From Chara braunii (lineage: Eukaryota > Plantae > Charophyceae), in contig BFEA01000004.1 in assembly GCA_003427395.1 (NCBI GenBank), positions 3,628,334 to 3,692,333 of the forward strand: a stretch of DNA of 64,000 nt, written 5' to 3'. How positions within the stretch are numbered: position 1 is the stretch's first letter; the number at the start of each line of letters is the position of its first letter. A program made the translations under genes and the position numbers. This document shows, piece after piece, positions 37,748-49,392 of the stretch. Below the pieces are notes generated by a model. That model was not told where the DNA came from. It saw only the letters and a list, made by a program, of their open reading frames with translations, and made no database searches.

Positions 37748-38290
37748 GGCCTAGCTCCGTTGGTAAGGCACGCAAGTGGCATTCAGGAGGTCTTGGGTCC
37801 AATCCCCATTGGCCTCATGTACCTTCCTGGGCAAGCTTGGCGCCCGCCACCTAGAGATACGCCGTTGGTCCCCCCGAGTGGCATTGAGCAGAGACTGCTA
37901 ATGTTCATAGGGGGAGGGGACCGGAGGGGAGGCAAAGTGACTGGCCCATCGAAGAAGCTCGGTCCTGATGCTACCGGCTGACCCCTGGCCGGTATCGCCC
38001 ACCTGCTGAAGCAGGTATCGCACCTGCTGGTGGGTGCAGCTCTCACATGTTCCCTCGTTGGAGGCTTGAGCACGGATGTGGCTGCTACGGGGTTCCCTGT
38101 AATACTATAATGACAATAAAAAAAAGGCCTGAAAGGCCATCCTGTCCAGATTTGACAGGTAATTGAATTGGTTGGGCTTACAGAATTAGCCTTATTTTGA
38201 AAAAAAAGAAAAAAAAAGAAAAAAAAAGAAAAAAAAAAGAAAAAAAAAAAAGGGCCTGTGTATATATATTAAAAAAAAAAGAAAAAAAAA
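37748..38290 (+). mobile_element. tRNA-derived SINE, copy 2, with 3' extension, A-rich tail and TSD
   Basis: Head GGCCTAGCTCCGTTGGTAAGGCACGC...GGGTCCAATCCC. AAAGGGCCTGTGT(T) is repeated on both flanks. Confidence 0.85.
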
Positions 38291-38842
38291 GGGCCTGTGT
38301 TCTGAGGGCAAGTCCCACTAGCAGGGTTGAGCTGCCTCAAAGCCTGAATCTGGACGCTTTTGCAAGGATGTGCAGAAATGGTGTTGAGTTTCCTGAACTG
38401 CACCTCTCCACAAACACATCCAGATTCAGGCGTTGAGGTAGCTCAAAGCTGCTAGTGGGACTTGGCCCCTGGTGTATTTCCCTTCCCATAATCTCTTCCT
38501 GACCTTCCTTTTTTTTTAGAGGGAAAACTACCTTCTTCCCCTGAATACAACCTAGGGCCGTTATAGCTGTATTTGGACGGACAGATACCCCCAATACAGC
38601 AATAATGACCCTACGCTGTATTCGGCGGAAGAAGGACGCTGTCACGGTTTCAGTCCGAAAATGCGTTTCAGTCACGATTTCACAAATGTTGTGTCAAACA
38701 GAGGAAAATCATGGATGTATACAACCCAGCTTTAGGGCCGGGTGGCCATGTGTTGTATTCGAGGGATGCCTGAACTGGATTTAAAACTGAAACCTTGACT
38801 GCGCCCTATCTAGTATTTACCCCTTCCTTGCTGACCTTCCTC

Positions 38843-38881
<39 letters not shown>

Positions 38882-39003
38882 AAGAAAGAAAGAAAGAAAG
38901 AAAGATCAGCCTTGTGTAGCAATCCAGCATGTGCGATTTATTTATCTATCTAATTCAAAATCTGGTAGTCGTGTCTCCGCCGGGAGCATGTCCGAACTTC
39001 TGC

Positions 39004-39141
39004 ATGTAACACTGGGACACTGGGCCCGCTTTCCAGCAGATGCAGCTCCCCACCAATAGTAGAAGCCACCCTCAATCTAGGTGATTCTCTCGCCACCCCC
39101 AAGATAGAGGTGTGCAGAGTGATGTTTCTCAAAAAAAAAAA
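39004..39141 (+). mobile_element. Retroposon 3' module (head, hairpin, poly(A))
   Basis: ATGTAACACTGGGACACTGGGCCCGCTTTCCAGCAGATGCAGCTCCCCACCAATAG, then a hairpin, then an A-run. Confidence 0.8.
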
Positions 39142-40068
39142 AGAGAAAAAGAAAAAGCAAAAGGAAGCTAGTCAATTACATATACCGATTGGGTTTTTGA
39201 TAGATTCAGATATTCCTCTGCTTTTCAGGGCCAAGGACTTCTGTCTTCCCTGAACACACAAGGCACCCTCATCATCAATGTATACAAGCTATCTTTCTGG
39301 TCTGATTCAGTCATGACGAGGGAGCGTTGCATGTGGGGGCAGATGGTAGTATCTCCGACAAATCTCTGGCGACCAGGAGGTGATGTGTTTCACGTGCTTG
39401 AGAGCGAAAGCGATGTCAGCTTTCCTTCAGATGGAGCCCATGGTTTACACATTGGAAAAGTTGGGTGGTGAAAGGCAAAAAAGAAAGCCCCACAACGGCC
39501 TGCGGCCCACTTAGTGCCAACCAGCGGTGATAGTCGGCTTGATACCTCTGATCTGTATTAGCAGGGCCCTTGGTCCTTGGCCAACATGGGTGCGAGTGTG
39601 AGTGTGAGTGTGAGTGGGTTGTGTGTGGTGTGTGGGAGAGTGTTGGCCTCAGACCTGGACCCCACAGAGAAAAATCATGGAAAAACCCGTGTGGAAAAAC
39701 TTTTCTCTGACTGCACTGGACAAATCAGGTCCTCCCTCCGGAAAGCCGATTTTAGGAGGGGGGGAAGGTTTTCCGGGCCCCCACCGCCTGGAAAACGGCA
39801 GTTGGAAATCCGAGATTTTGTGTTTTCACATTGGTTTCTGGTCGGAAAAGTGCCAGGGGGGGAGTTTCTGCCGGAGTTTTGCGGCCTTCCCAGAGAGTGG
39901 GGGAGGGGGCATGTCCCTCTCTTTTTTTTTTTTTTTGTACTAACNNNNNNNNNNNNNNNNNNNNNNNNNNNNNNNNNNNNNNNNNNNNNNNNNNNNNNNN
40001 NNNNNNNNNNNNNNNNNNNNNNNNNNNNNNNNNNNNNNNNNNNNNNNNNNNNNNNNNNNNNNNNNNNN

Positions 40069-40230
40069 TTTTTTTTTTTTTTTTTTTCAGAGAATGGCCC
40101 TTGTGATATCGCTCTATCCTGGCGGTGGTAAGAGAACCGTCAGAATTGAGAGCTTATCTGTCGGGCTGTTCCATCTATTGGTGGGGAGCGGCACCTGCTG
40201 GAAACCGGGTCCAGCGTCCCATTGTTACAT
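40069..40230 (-). mobile_element. Retroposon 3' module (head, hairpin, poly(A))
   Basis: On minus: ATGTAACAATGGGACGCTGGACCCGGTTTCCAGCAGGTGCCGCTCCCCACCAATAGATGG, then a hairpin, then an A-run. Confidence 0.8.
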
Positions 40231-42323
40231 CATGAAGCACTGAGATTGATGTTTGTTGTTTCCTGGGGCTGTGGTTATTATTGACTCATCCTGAGGGCAT
40301 GTCCTTTGTTAGAAACTTGTCGCCGACCCGCTGGTCCATCCATAGTCCGAGCCGAGCCGATCCTGGTTCAATGACCAGGGCGACGGACATGCTGTTGTCG
40401 CGCATTGTCACTCCCCGCCTACGAGTGGACAACCGAAACAGGAACAAAACCCCTTCGAACGGACATGAGCAACCACCATCCAGTGCATATCCAGTTTCCA
40501 GCCTTTCCAAGCTCGTCGAAACTGGCTTTTCCAGCCTCTATGGTGGGGTCCCATCGTTCCGCAGGCAAACTCTTCCAGACACCCCCCTCCACGGAAACCT
40601 GAAAATCGTCACTTTTCCAGCACTTTTCCTCTGGGGTCCAGGCCTTGGACACTGCTGTTATTTGGTTGGGGGTGGGGGACAATGAAAAGGGAGGCGCAGC
40701 TACTGGCAAAATGCTCGGTCTTTGCATTAGCCGGACCCCCACAGGCGGCCCCACCCCATCCTTGACCACCATGGTTGGGGCGCGGGGCAACATGCATCCC
40801 CTCTGATGGCTGGAGGGAGACAACAAAGCTATGTTTGCAGGGATCACCTGTATAAGCCTTACGAGTAGTGGTAGGTAGGTAGTGGAGGTGAACTGAAAGA
40901 ATTTGGAAGATGATGAAAGATTTGAGAGAAGAATACAGCGTAGTTTTGAATTAAAAAAAAATATATATTTTCTTTCTTTCTTTTCTCTCACCTTACATAT
41001 CTTTTAACTGGCGTTCTGCCATGTCATGGAACATAACTTTCTTTTCAGAACCTACCACTGAGAGAAGAACATAGTGTAGTTTTTCAAAACAACAAATAAA
41101 AAACAAAGTTGGGGCCTGCCCCCTACAGTATGGCCGGTACTGGGAGCTTTACCCAGCTTCGCTTTTCACGGGACCAGAGGACCCGAATGGAACCAAACAA
41201 GAAGGAAAATGGAAAAGGGTGTCTAGAGCTCAAGCAATTCAATGTCTGCGAAGGAGGAAGGGAATGCCATGCGAAATAAGAGGATTCCCAGCTCTCTATC
41301 ATCACCACACAACTGTGCTAGATGGGAGTCATTGTGCGCCCTCATGAAGACCTGTAGTAGCATATGTGTGACGATGTTTTTTCTGTATGAGCGCCATCTT
41401 CAGCGCAATGGTACTGAGGGGGGGGGTGGAGAAGAAGGGGCCGGGCCCAATTGGACCAATGCCCCTGTTCTTTCGGGAAAGTTGGGACCACGGCGGTTGG
41501 TAGGACGCGTCATAGCGAGTGCGGAAAATAACGGTTGACGCAGCTTCTTTCTTTCTTTTTTTTTATGACGGAACTGGGCGGGGAGTTTTTGGCGCGATTG
41601 CTGCGCGGAGAATCCTTTTTGAATTTTGAACCTACACAGGGTCTCGGAATTTCTTCTTGCAATTAGGATTTTAATTAGGCCAGGGATTTGAGAGCGTCGT
41701 AATTTTTGGCTGTAACTGCACGGTGTTCCTTGCTCGCGCGCGCATTGTTGCATCCTATCCTGCGCTCTGCTCCCACCGCGCCTAAATCCTAATCGCAACT
41801 GTAATCTCTTCTTGCTCCTTCCTGGCAAGCGCAGGTGTAATTGTAATCCTCTCCCTTCTTGATCTCCTTTTTCCACAATACTATGCGCCTCTTTCCTGTC
41901 TATCTCATTGGCCAAGGAGGTGCATGATTGGATCGATGCCCGGAGAGCGGCTACTTCCCACACTCCGCGGCCCCGTCATGCAATTGTAGGCACTTCCTTC
42001 TTTTCCCTTTCTTCCGCTTCAGCATAATCCAGAGTTATCTCACTCAAATGCCGAGTGCTATAAATTTTGCAAGCATGACTAATTCGCTCATTAATCTACA
42101 CTTGGGAGTTAGCGCGGTCGAGGGGATCGGCTAACGAGCGGAGACAAAACGGTGAGTAGGGAGTTGGGCGATCTGACGAGCGGGTGCTGGGCATGGGGGG
42201 TCGACGTGTGGCCGCAAAGGACTGCGGCACAAGGGCAAACCTGGCTTGTATAATCGAACTAAGTGGGATGACAGCTTCGGGTTGTTGGTGGGTGCGAGGC
42301 GACGGACTGCCCGCATCGTCAGA

Positions 42324-42325
<2 letters not shown>

Positions 42326-42379
<54 letters not shown>

Positions 42380-42509
42380 NNNNNNNNNNNNNNNNNNNNN
42401 NNNNNNNNNNNNNNNNNNNNNNNNNNNNNNNNNNNNNNNNNNNNNNNNNNNNNNNNNNNNNNNNNNNNNNNNNNNNNNNNNNNNNNNNNNNNNNNNNNNN
42501 NNNNNNNNN

Positions 42510-42584
<75 letters not shown>
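42326..42584. repeat. (TG)n/(AG)n compound microsatellite spanning an assembly gap
   Basis: Read directly from the sequence. Confidence 0.95.
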
Positions 42585-42585
<1 letters not shown>

Positions 42586-44299
42586 ACGGTGTGTTGAAGT
42601 GGGGTTATCTCTTCGCATCTTCTGTATATTTTTTATTATTGGTTTTCGACCATCTTCGCTTGCGGCACTCTCAAATTTTCTTTTCGTTGTTTGATGTAGT
42701 AATTATCTTTCTCTCCCCCATCTCTTCCTATTAAATGGAGAACTTATGACAATTTCTAAAATTGATTGATCGCTCGAACGATTTGCATGGAGGGTTATCG
42801 ATCGCAGAGCCAAGGGATTATGAGGAGTATGGGATAAGCTTCCTGCTGATGTATGGAAAGGCGTATGTAATCCCGCCGTTTTTTTTTTCCGACCATGTTT
42901 CTGTGTATGCAACATCGATCGACTGAATGATTTTGCATTAAGCCTGTAGAAGTTATCTCCTCGAATAAACCCAGATCAGGATAGATGCATGCACAACTGG
43001 TAGGTTACAGATTGTATACATGCCTAGGTATGAGTTGGATCTTCCTCATGCATGATCCAAGCACGATTGATATCTGATGCGCGCGAATGTTACTCACTCT
43101 CTCTTTCCTTCTGCCCATCGAACATTTGTTTGAGTTGCACTGAGTATACGGGCATCGTTCCTTCGTAAGAGCAATAAGAGTAGATTAACGGTAGGCGTAA
43201 TACTTATGTTGGAACACATCATGTGCACGCACGTATACGGATGACACCCGAACGGCAGTTAATGCCAGTTATCACGCATATGGGTGTCTGCATGATTCGT
43301 TCCTGACCCTATCACGCCTGGTACACCCGAATGAATGAGTTAAGTACTTTTTGCAAAATATGGACATTGGTGTTTTGTTGTGGATCACTAACCGTGCCTG
43401 CTTAAGGGACCTTGAGTACCGAGAATACTGAGAAAGTGAACAACTTTTCCGTCGATCGAACTTAAGGCTCCCGGCCTAACCTCGCCAGACTGAAAACGAT
43501 CGATTATGTGCCTGGGATTTTGAGAGGGTCATCGGACGGAATTCCCGAATCCCGGATCACCCCGACACCCGTAGCCACCAGTACTACAACACATCGGGAT
43601 TCGTCGCGATCGAAACCAATTCCCCTCCATTCTATCTCCTTCTCCTTTATCACAATCTAGCGGCCGTCCCTTGGGAGTCAATAGCCCCCTCCTGGCCCCG
43701 GAGGTACGGCTCTGAGTATCGAGAGTATTATACTTATTGAGCCGGGGGATTTGTCCGGCGAACACGGCTTGAAGCTGAGTGTCGAGAACATGGCCTCCGG
43801 TTGAGGCCATCCATGTCAGATTCCGAGATCTACAAAACCCGCCAACGACAACTGTTTACACAGAGAGACACCCAATGTGTTCCCTCCGTACATCGAGTAC
43901 GAACCCGCCCTGGACGATGGGGCAGGCAAAACTAGCCGCTCGACTCTGAAGTGTGAAACTGAAGATCTGGTCCTACGCTAGACCACTTGCATCCCTGTCC
44001 TTGAAATTTGGCACTGGAGATCTCAGTTCTGGCTTGGGACTCCACCCCTACTTTCCTAAAATCCTTGGCACACCCCTACTACGCACTTCCAGGCCCCCTC
44101 CCACTTTGAAAACAAAAAGTCCCGCTGGGCGTGAGGTTAGTATGAGAGCCGACATGTATCAAGATCAAGGACTGACAAGTGATCCGGCTCCATATCTCGA
44201 CCGATCTGGTGAGCCCCAGGCGAGGACGGTCTAGACAAAGAAACACGTTAAAGCGCGAATCCGTAGTCACCCGAAACCGACCCACCCACTGCCCCGCCT

Positions 44300-46142
44300 G
44301 ATTTGTATCTTTTCAACCTTGCACATCATCTAGCCGGAGCATGGCTTGCCACGCTTCGATCACAACAACATGACAATGATGAAGCCAGTATAAACATCCC
44401 CGCCTGTCTAGGAGGAGATGCGCACCATTGGTTCAGTACCTACGTCTTGATCGATCTCCCGACCTTCGAAAGGGAACAGACTTTATTTATGATTAAGGAC
44501 CGAGTACAAAAACCTCTCTAGTTCATCGTTGAATACCAAAGCCGGTTCTACAGACTGTTCATAAAGTCCGAACGAGAAGAGAATATAGAGACCTGTTTAT
44601 CAACGGGCTTAGGAGCCGCGCGATGCGCGCCAAGCTGCGAAAACAATTCTCCCCCATTGATCACACCACACAACAAATCATGGACATTGCAGAAGAAATA
44701 AAACGGAAGTTCGCCACTAGCCTCCTTGAAGAGGAAGACCACGCTAAAGACGAAGACTCTACTGAACTAGCCTGGGCGCGAGCGGAATTAGATGCACTCC
44801 AGGACAAGTTCAAAAACATGGGGGTTGTATCAGGCCCTGTCACCGACCTAGAGCGGGTAGTGACTAAGAGACCTCTTTTCGATCTAACCACAAGACCATC
44901 GGTGGTGAAAGTTGCTGCACCCCCCACGAGCACAGTACGAAAGGCATACGATTCCAGCGCAGTGTTAGAACTAACAAGAACTTTGAAGAACATTAATTTG
45001 AAAGATAATACAATGTCGGTATCGAAACGTTGATGAGATCGATGCGTCCCGGTCGGAGGCCAGCCTGTACAAGCGGCAAGGGGACCCACCATATCACCCG
45101 TCGCCAGGACAAACGAATGCCATACGTGTCATCAACCCGGACATATAGGAGGGGATTACCCCCACATAGCTCCACAGACTTGGGTAGGAGCCACCCCCGT
45201 GGCAGCTGCCCCTGTAGCGAATGGACCAGGGAGAGTCGGAACGATGGTGGAAGAAACGGAGGGGGTGATGGTCGGGGCAACGGTTATGGAGGAAGCAGCA
45301 AAACTCATCCCCCTCGATCAATATCTCACGTTGGACTATCCCGGGTTAGGCATGATAGGAGCAGTTCAACCGGCTGATGATGAGCGAGAAGTTTCGGAAT
45401 GGAAACCCTCGCCCCAAGAAATGAAATCCGGAGAATCAGATTTTTCACTAGACAGATCAACGCACTTAATATAGTTCGAGCCCTAGATTACTGTATACCC
45501 TTACCGATCGGGCACCTTCTGTCCATATACGAACAAGCTAACAACAAAATGCTACAACACTGCAAGGCTAATCGAAAATAATTCGCCCTCGCAAAGCTTG
45601 CCGCCATCAAGGGAAAGGCGTCCGACAAAAGACAGAAACTTGATAAAGCAAGGACCTCAGAGTCCGTATGCGTAGATTGGTCCAGAAAGACGATCACTTT
45701 TTGTGCATCAAGCCCATCCCGTAGATATCAGCCGAATGTGATATAGAGGTATGAGGAATACCGTACAACGCCATCCTTGACTCAGGGCAGCCGTATTGGC
45801 AATATCACTCAGGTTAGTTGAGCAAGTTGGAAGAAAAAAATATTTAATCCTCATCCCAGAGGGAGACCACCTCGTCTCCGCAGACGAAGGGAAAATTAGG
45901 GTTGCTGGTCTGAGCTTGGTCGAATGTCAAACGTCGCTTTTCGAATAGGAAAAGTGCATGCTCTCGGTGAGGCGATTGTACTAAATGTGACGTCATACAA
46001 TCTGCTCATTGGTCTGCCTTCCCTCAACTCGCTACAAGCAAATATGGATTTCGAACGACGAATGGTGGTCCTCAAGAATACAAGAGGAAAGTCGCATATC
46101 GTCCCTGTCGAGCACATCGGTCTCGTACGGGGACCCTCCTGA
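44300..46142 (+). pseudogene. Degenerate LTR-retrotransposon gag plus aspartic protease
   Basis: Gag-like LGGDAHHWF. AILDSG at ~45770. FRIGKVHALGEAIVLNVTSYNLLIGLPSLNSLQANMDFERR matches a gag-associated protease C-half. Truncated where the LTR-like module begins. Confidence 0.75.
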
Positions 46143-47799
46143 CCACGTCACGCAGGATTTGTGGCTGGACTTTATCATTTTATCGTGGTGCAATGGAGCT
46201 TCCGTCGCCTCTCCGGCCGAGTGCGCCAACCATACCTCTCGCGAACCCCTACGATGGGATAGGACCATGCGAGGTACAACTTACCTCCACCTGCGGGAGT
46301 TGTCACCATCCCTTAGGTGGGCATGTTTCCCCTCGAGCCACCGAACCACATGCGAAAGTTAATGAGTTGCAAACGCAGAGGTGCCCCAACCGAGGGCGTT
46401 TCTCGTACGTTATAGCATAGGGGGTAGCGTGGTCCAACGCCTCTATCGGACCCTTAGGCGAACCGACGCACTGGGGGCTGAAGTCCCAAGCGTGACTCGA
46501 CGTCGGTCAACTAGGACGCATCCAACTTACCACACGTTACATCACGCTAAAAACATAAAATCAAATTACACACACAAATAAAACACTCCTAGTCCCCTTA
46601 GTGTCGAACCCATAACCTTCTGATACGAAAATCGATTAGGCGTCGAACGTGAGTCTTAAGATAAAACCGTGCGGACGCAAGACTTTCTCATATCGACTAG
46701 CCATGCATGCATATGCAAGCAGTCGCAACGATGACGTACTAAGTAGTACCCATAATAATGTGACCCTCGATGGTCTCGAGGGTCGCGTTCGACACTCAAG
46801 TGTCGGCTGACACGCGCCTTGAGGGGTTAATCTTTCAACGTTAGACAACCGTCAAGGCGGTTGAGAACCACACCCTTTTCTGCACCCTGCGGAGAGTGTG
46901 TGGTACATAGGTTCTTGCCTGTTGTGGAAGTCGGGTTTTATTTCCTGGAGCCGAGTTCCATCATCCAGAGTCTGGAGAGAAGTCAAGGGGTTTGATTTTG
47001 ACGTCTGCCACAAACTCCAACGTCCAACTATAATAATTGTAAGAAGCAAGGGGGTAAAAGAAAAATCTTCATTTTCTCTCAACACATAATTCGTTTAACC
47101 CTTACGCACGATCACAGTAGGCCGCGCGGACACTTGATACAGATATATAAATACAAGACGATCACTTCTCATAATCACAGTGAGTCTCCCTTCAACCATA
47201 CATATGAAATCGCAGACAATCAAATCCAGAGTCTGAACCACAAACATACCTGCAATCACACCAAAGATTCAACCAAAAATCCATACACTACACGGGGTCA
47301 ACTTCAACCACTCTCTATGTTCATACCCCTCGCTTTAGCCATACAAACCCCATCTTTGTCTAACCTTCCATAATAAAATTCCCAGTACCTTTTTTAAATG
47401 GACATTCGATAAAGTCCGGGTGAAAACCCAACGAAACAATTCAAACCACAAGAGCTAAAACCTTTAGGTTGAGTAGCAAGAGTGAATTAAAGTTGAGTCG
47501 TAAACCGACGAATTGACAACCGACCTGTTATCAATGATAACAGAAGATAATCCTCGTGAGATCCAGTTGAACCTAGTCCAATCCTTAATCGATTTGATCA
47601 AAAAATTACATGTAACAGAAGACAAGTCAATCCCCAAGATTAATACTTATAAGTGCATGGAGAACAAACCTCCATATCACACTTTAGTGAAATCCAATCC
47701 ATAACTAAATATGAATTTACCTCTTGGCAAGTGCCCAAGCAAAGGTCAACCTCTGGCGGCGCTACCTCTATGCATGGTTGATCGCCAAAATTTTCCCTA

Positions 47800-48400
47800 T
47801 CAAAATATATCTAACTCCTTTCAACTAAGAAAATTTCGGCAGCGCTTCAAATTTCCGTAGGAAAAGTGTCTTTTCATAATTTATACTCGTTCGCATATGA
47901 AAACTAAAATGATATTCAACTCTAGAAAGTCAAATTTTGTTTAACTCTCTGAATTAGGAAAAATTCGGCAACATCTCCTTTAGAGAAATAGACTTCCAAA
48001 ATTTATACTAAATCAGATATGAACTCAAAGAAAGATTTGACTTCTTGCCAAGACAAAATTTAACTAACTCCTTAGATTTGTAGAAATTTCGGCAGCGCTT
48101 TTCGTAGAGAAAATAGTTTTTCAAAATTTATATAAAGTTAAATACAGATTTGAAATGATTCTGACATCACAAAGTCAAATTTTGTCTAACTCACCGAATT
48201 AGTAAACATTCGGGCAGTACTTCTCTTAGAAAAGATGGTTTTCCATATTTCTACTAAGCCAGACATAAACTTTAGATAAATGTTGAACTTTGAAAAACTA
48301 AAATTTAACTAACTCATTGGTTTTGGTTTTGTAGAAATTTCGACGGCGGTTCTCGTAGGAAAAGTAACTTTCTAAAGTTATAGAAAATCAAGTCAAGTAA
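47800..48400 (+). repeat. Diverged ~123-bp tandem array, 5 units (copy 2)
   Basis: TAACTC...AAATT(T)CGGCA...TAG.(G/A)AAA units near 47811, 47941, 48064, 48186 and 48309. Confidence 0.8.
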
Positions 48401-48669
48401 AAGATCTCAGAAAATGCGAGAATTGACCTAAATAAGAAACTGAGAAAATGCAGAAATTGAACTAACTCATATGACTCTGGCACGTGGCAAGCAACTAAAG
48501 CGACTACCTATCAAACTGAAACTCAAACTAAGTAAAACTCTCATTCGGCCACATGCAAGTCCATACCACAACTGTAAATACTCTCACCAGCCCCTAGGTT
48601 AAACCTTATCAACAGTAATTCATAGTCTTTCAATAATTTATCATTTATACCCAACTTACATAAGACATA

Positions 48670-49392
48670 AAGCAAAACCATTAAACCTAGGAACAAAGTC
48701 TAGCTCAACCATTGAATATACACAAACACATGACACTACTACTTGTCTCTTCTTTGAGCATATGACTAAGCGAAACAAGCATAGTCGCCCTAAACTATCT
48801 AAGTAACCAAGTTATAATACTTTTTTGCTCTTAGTCTTTTAAGGCAGCATAAGACTGAACAATTTGACTTAGAAACGAAGTTCAACCTGCTCCTTTTTAC
48901 CACCAATTTATATTTTTAATTAATATATTTTTCTTTTTCATGATAAGTTATAGTCAGACCATTCAACTTAGAAACAAAGTCTGACTAGCTTGTTCGTAGA
49001 TAAAATAATAATAAAGTATAAATAAGTTTATCATTTTGTTCCAACATGTGTGTGACTCCAGATCAGACCATTCAACTTAGAAACGAAGTTTGATCCTTTG
49101 TCTGATTCCCTTATAATAAAGCAAAAAGAAGTTTGAGTCATCCAACTAAGAAACAAAGCTCAAACTCCCCTCTTTATAAACAATAAAGAAACATCGTAAA
49201 CCCTAAAATAAACCAAGACGAAGAAACCATTCAACTTAGAAACAAAGCTTGGTTCCTGAAAAGACAATCGTAGACAGTCCACGCAAATCAGAGCAACGAG
49301 ACCATCTAACTTAGGAACAACGTATCGTCCTCGAGACAATTAAAAAAACTAAACATAGCACTGGGTCATTCAACTTAGAAACTAAGCCCAAC
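48670..49392 (+). repeat. Array of ~8 conserved-loop hairpins with unique spacers (copy 2)
   Basis: CATTCAACTTAGAAAC-like cores at ~48679, 48861, 48960, 49069, 49139, 49228, 49303 and 49367, most with unit-specific stems. Confidence 0.9.

Noticed and set aside
39004-39065. HDV-like or hammerhead ribozyme in the conserved retroposon head
   Set aside because: I could not fit the P1/P1.1/P2/P3/P4 topology or find CUGANGA/GAAA cores by eye. Left as an experimental check only.
39229-39379. Possible host exon (TTTTCAG acceptor, one open frame, GT donor)
   Set aside because: The translated peptide is unrecognisable and no partner exons can be supported.
46134-46145. CCCTC as TSD of the 46146-50716 module
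   Set aside because: The left CCCTC is 7 bp away from the inferred terminus, so it is probably coincidental.
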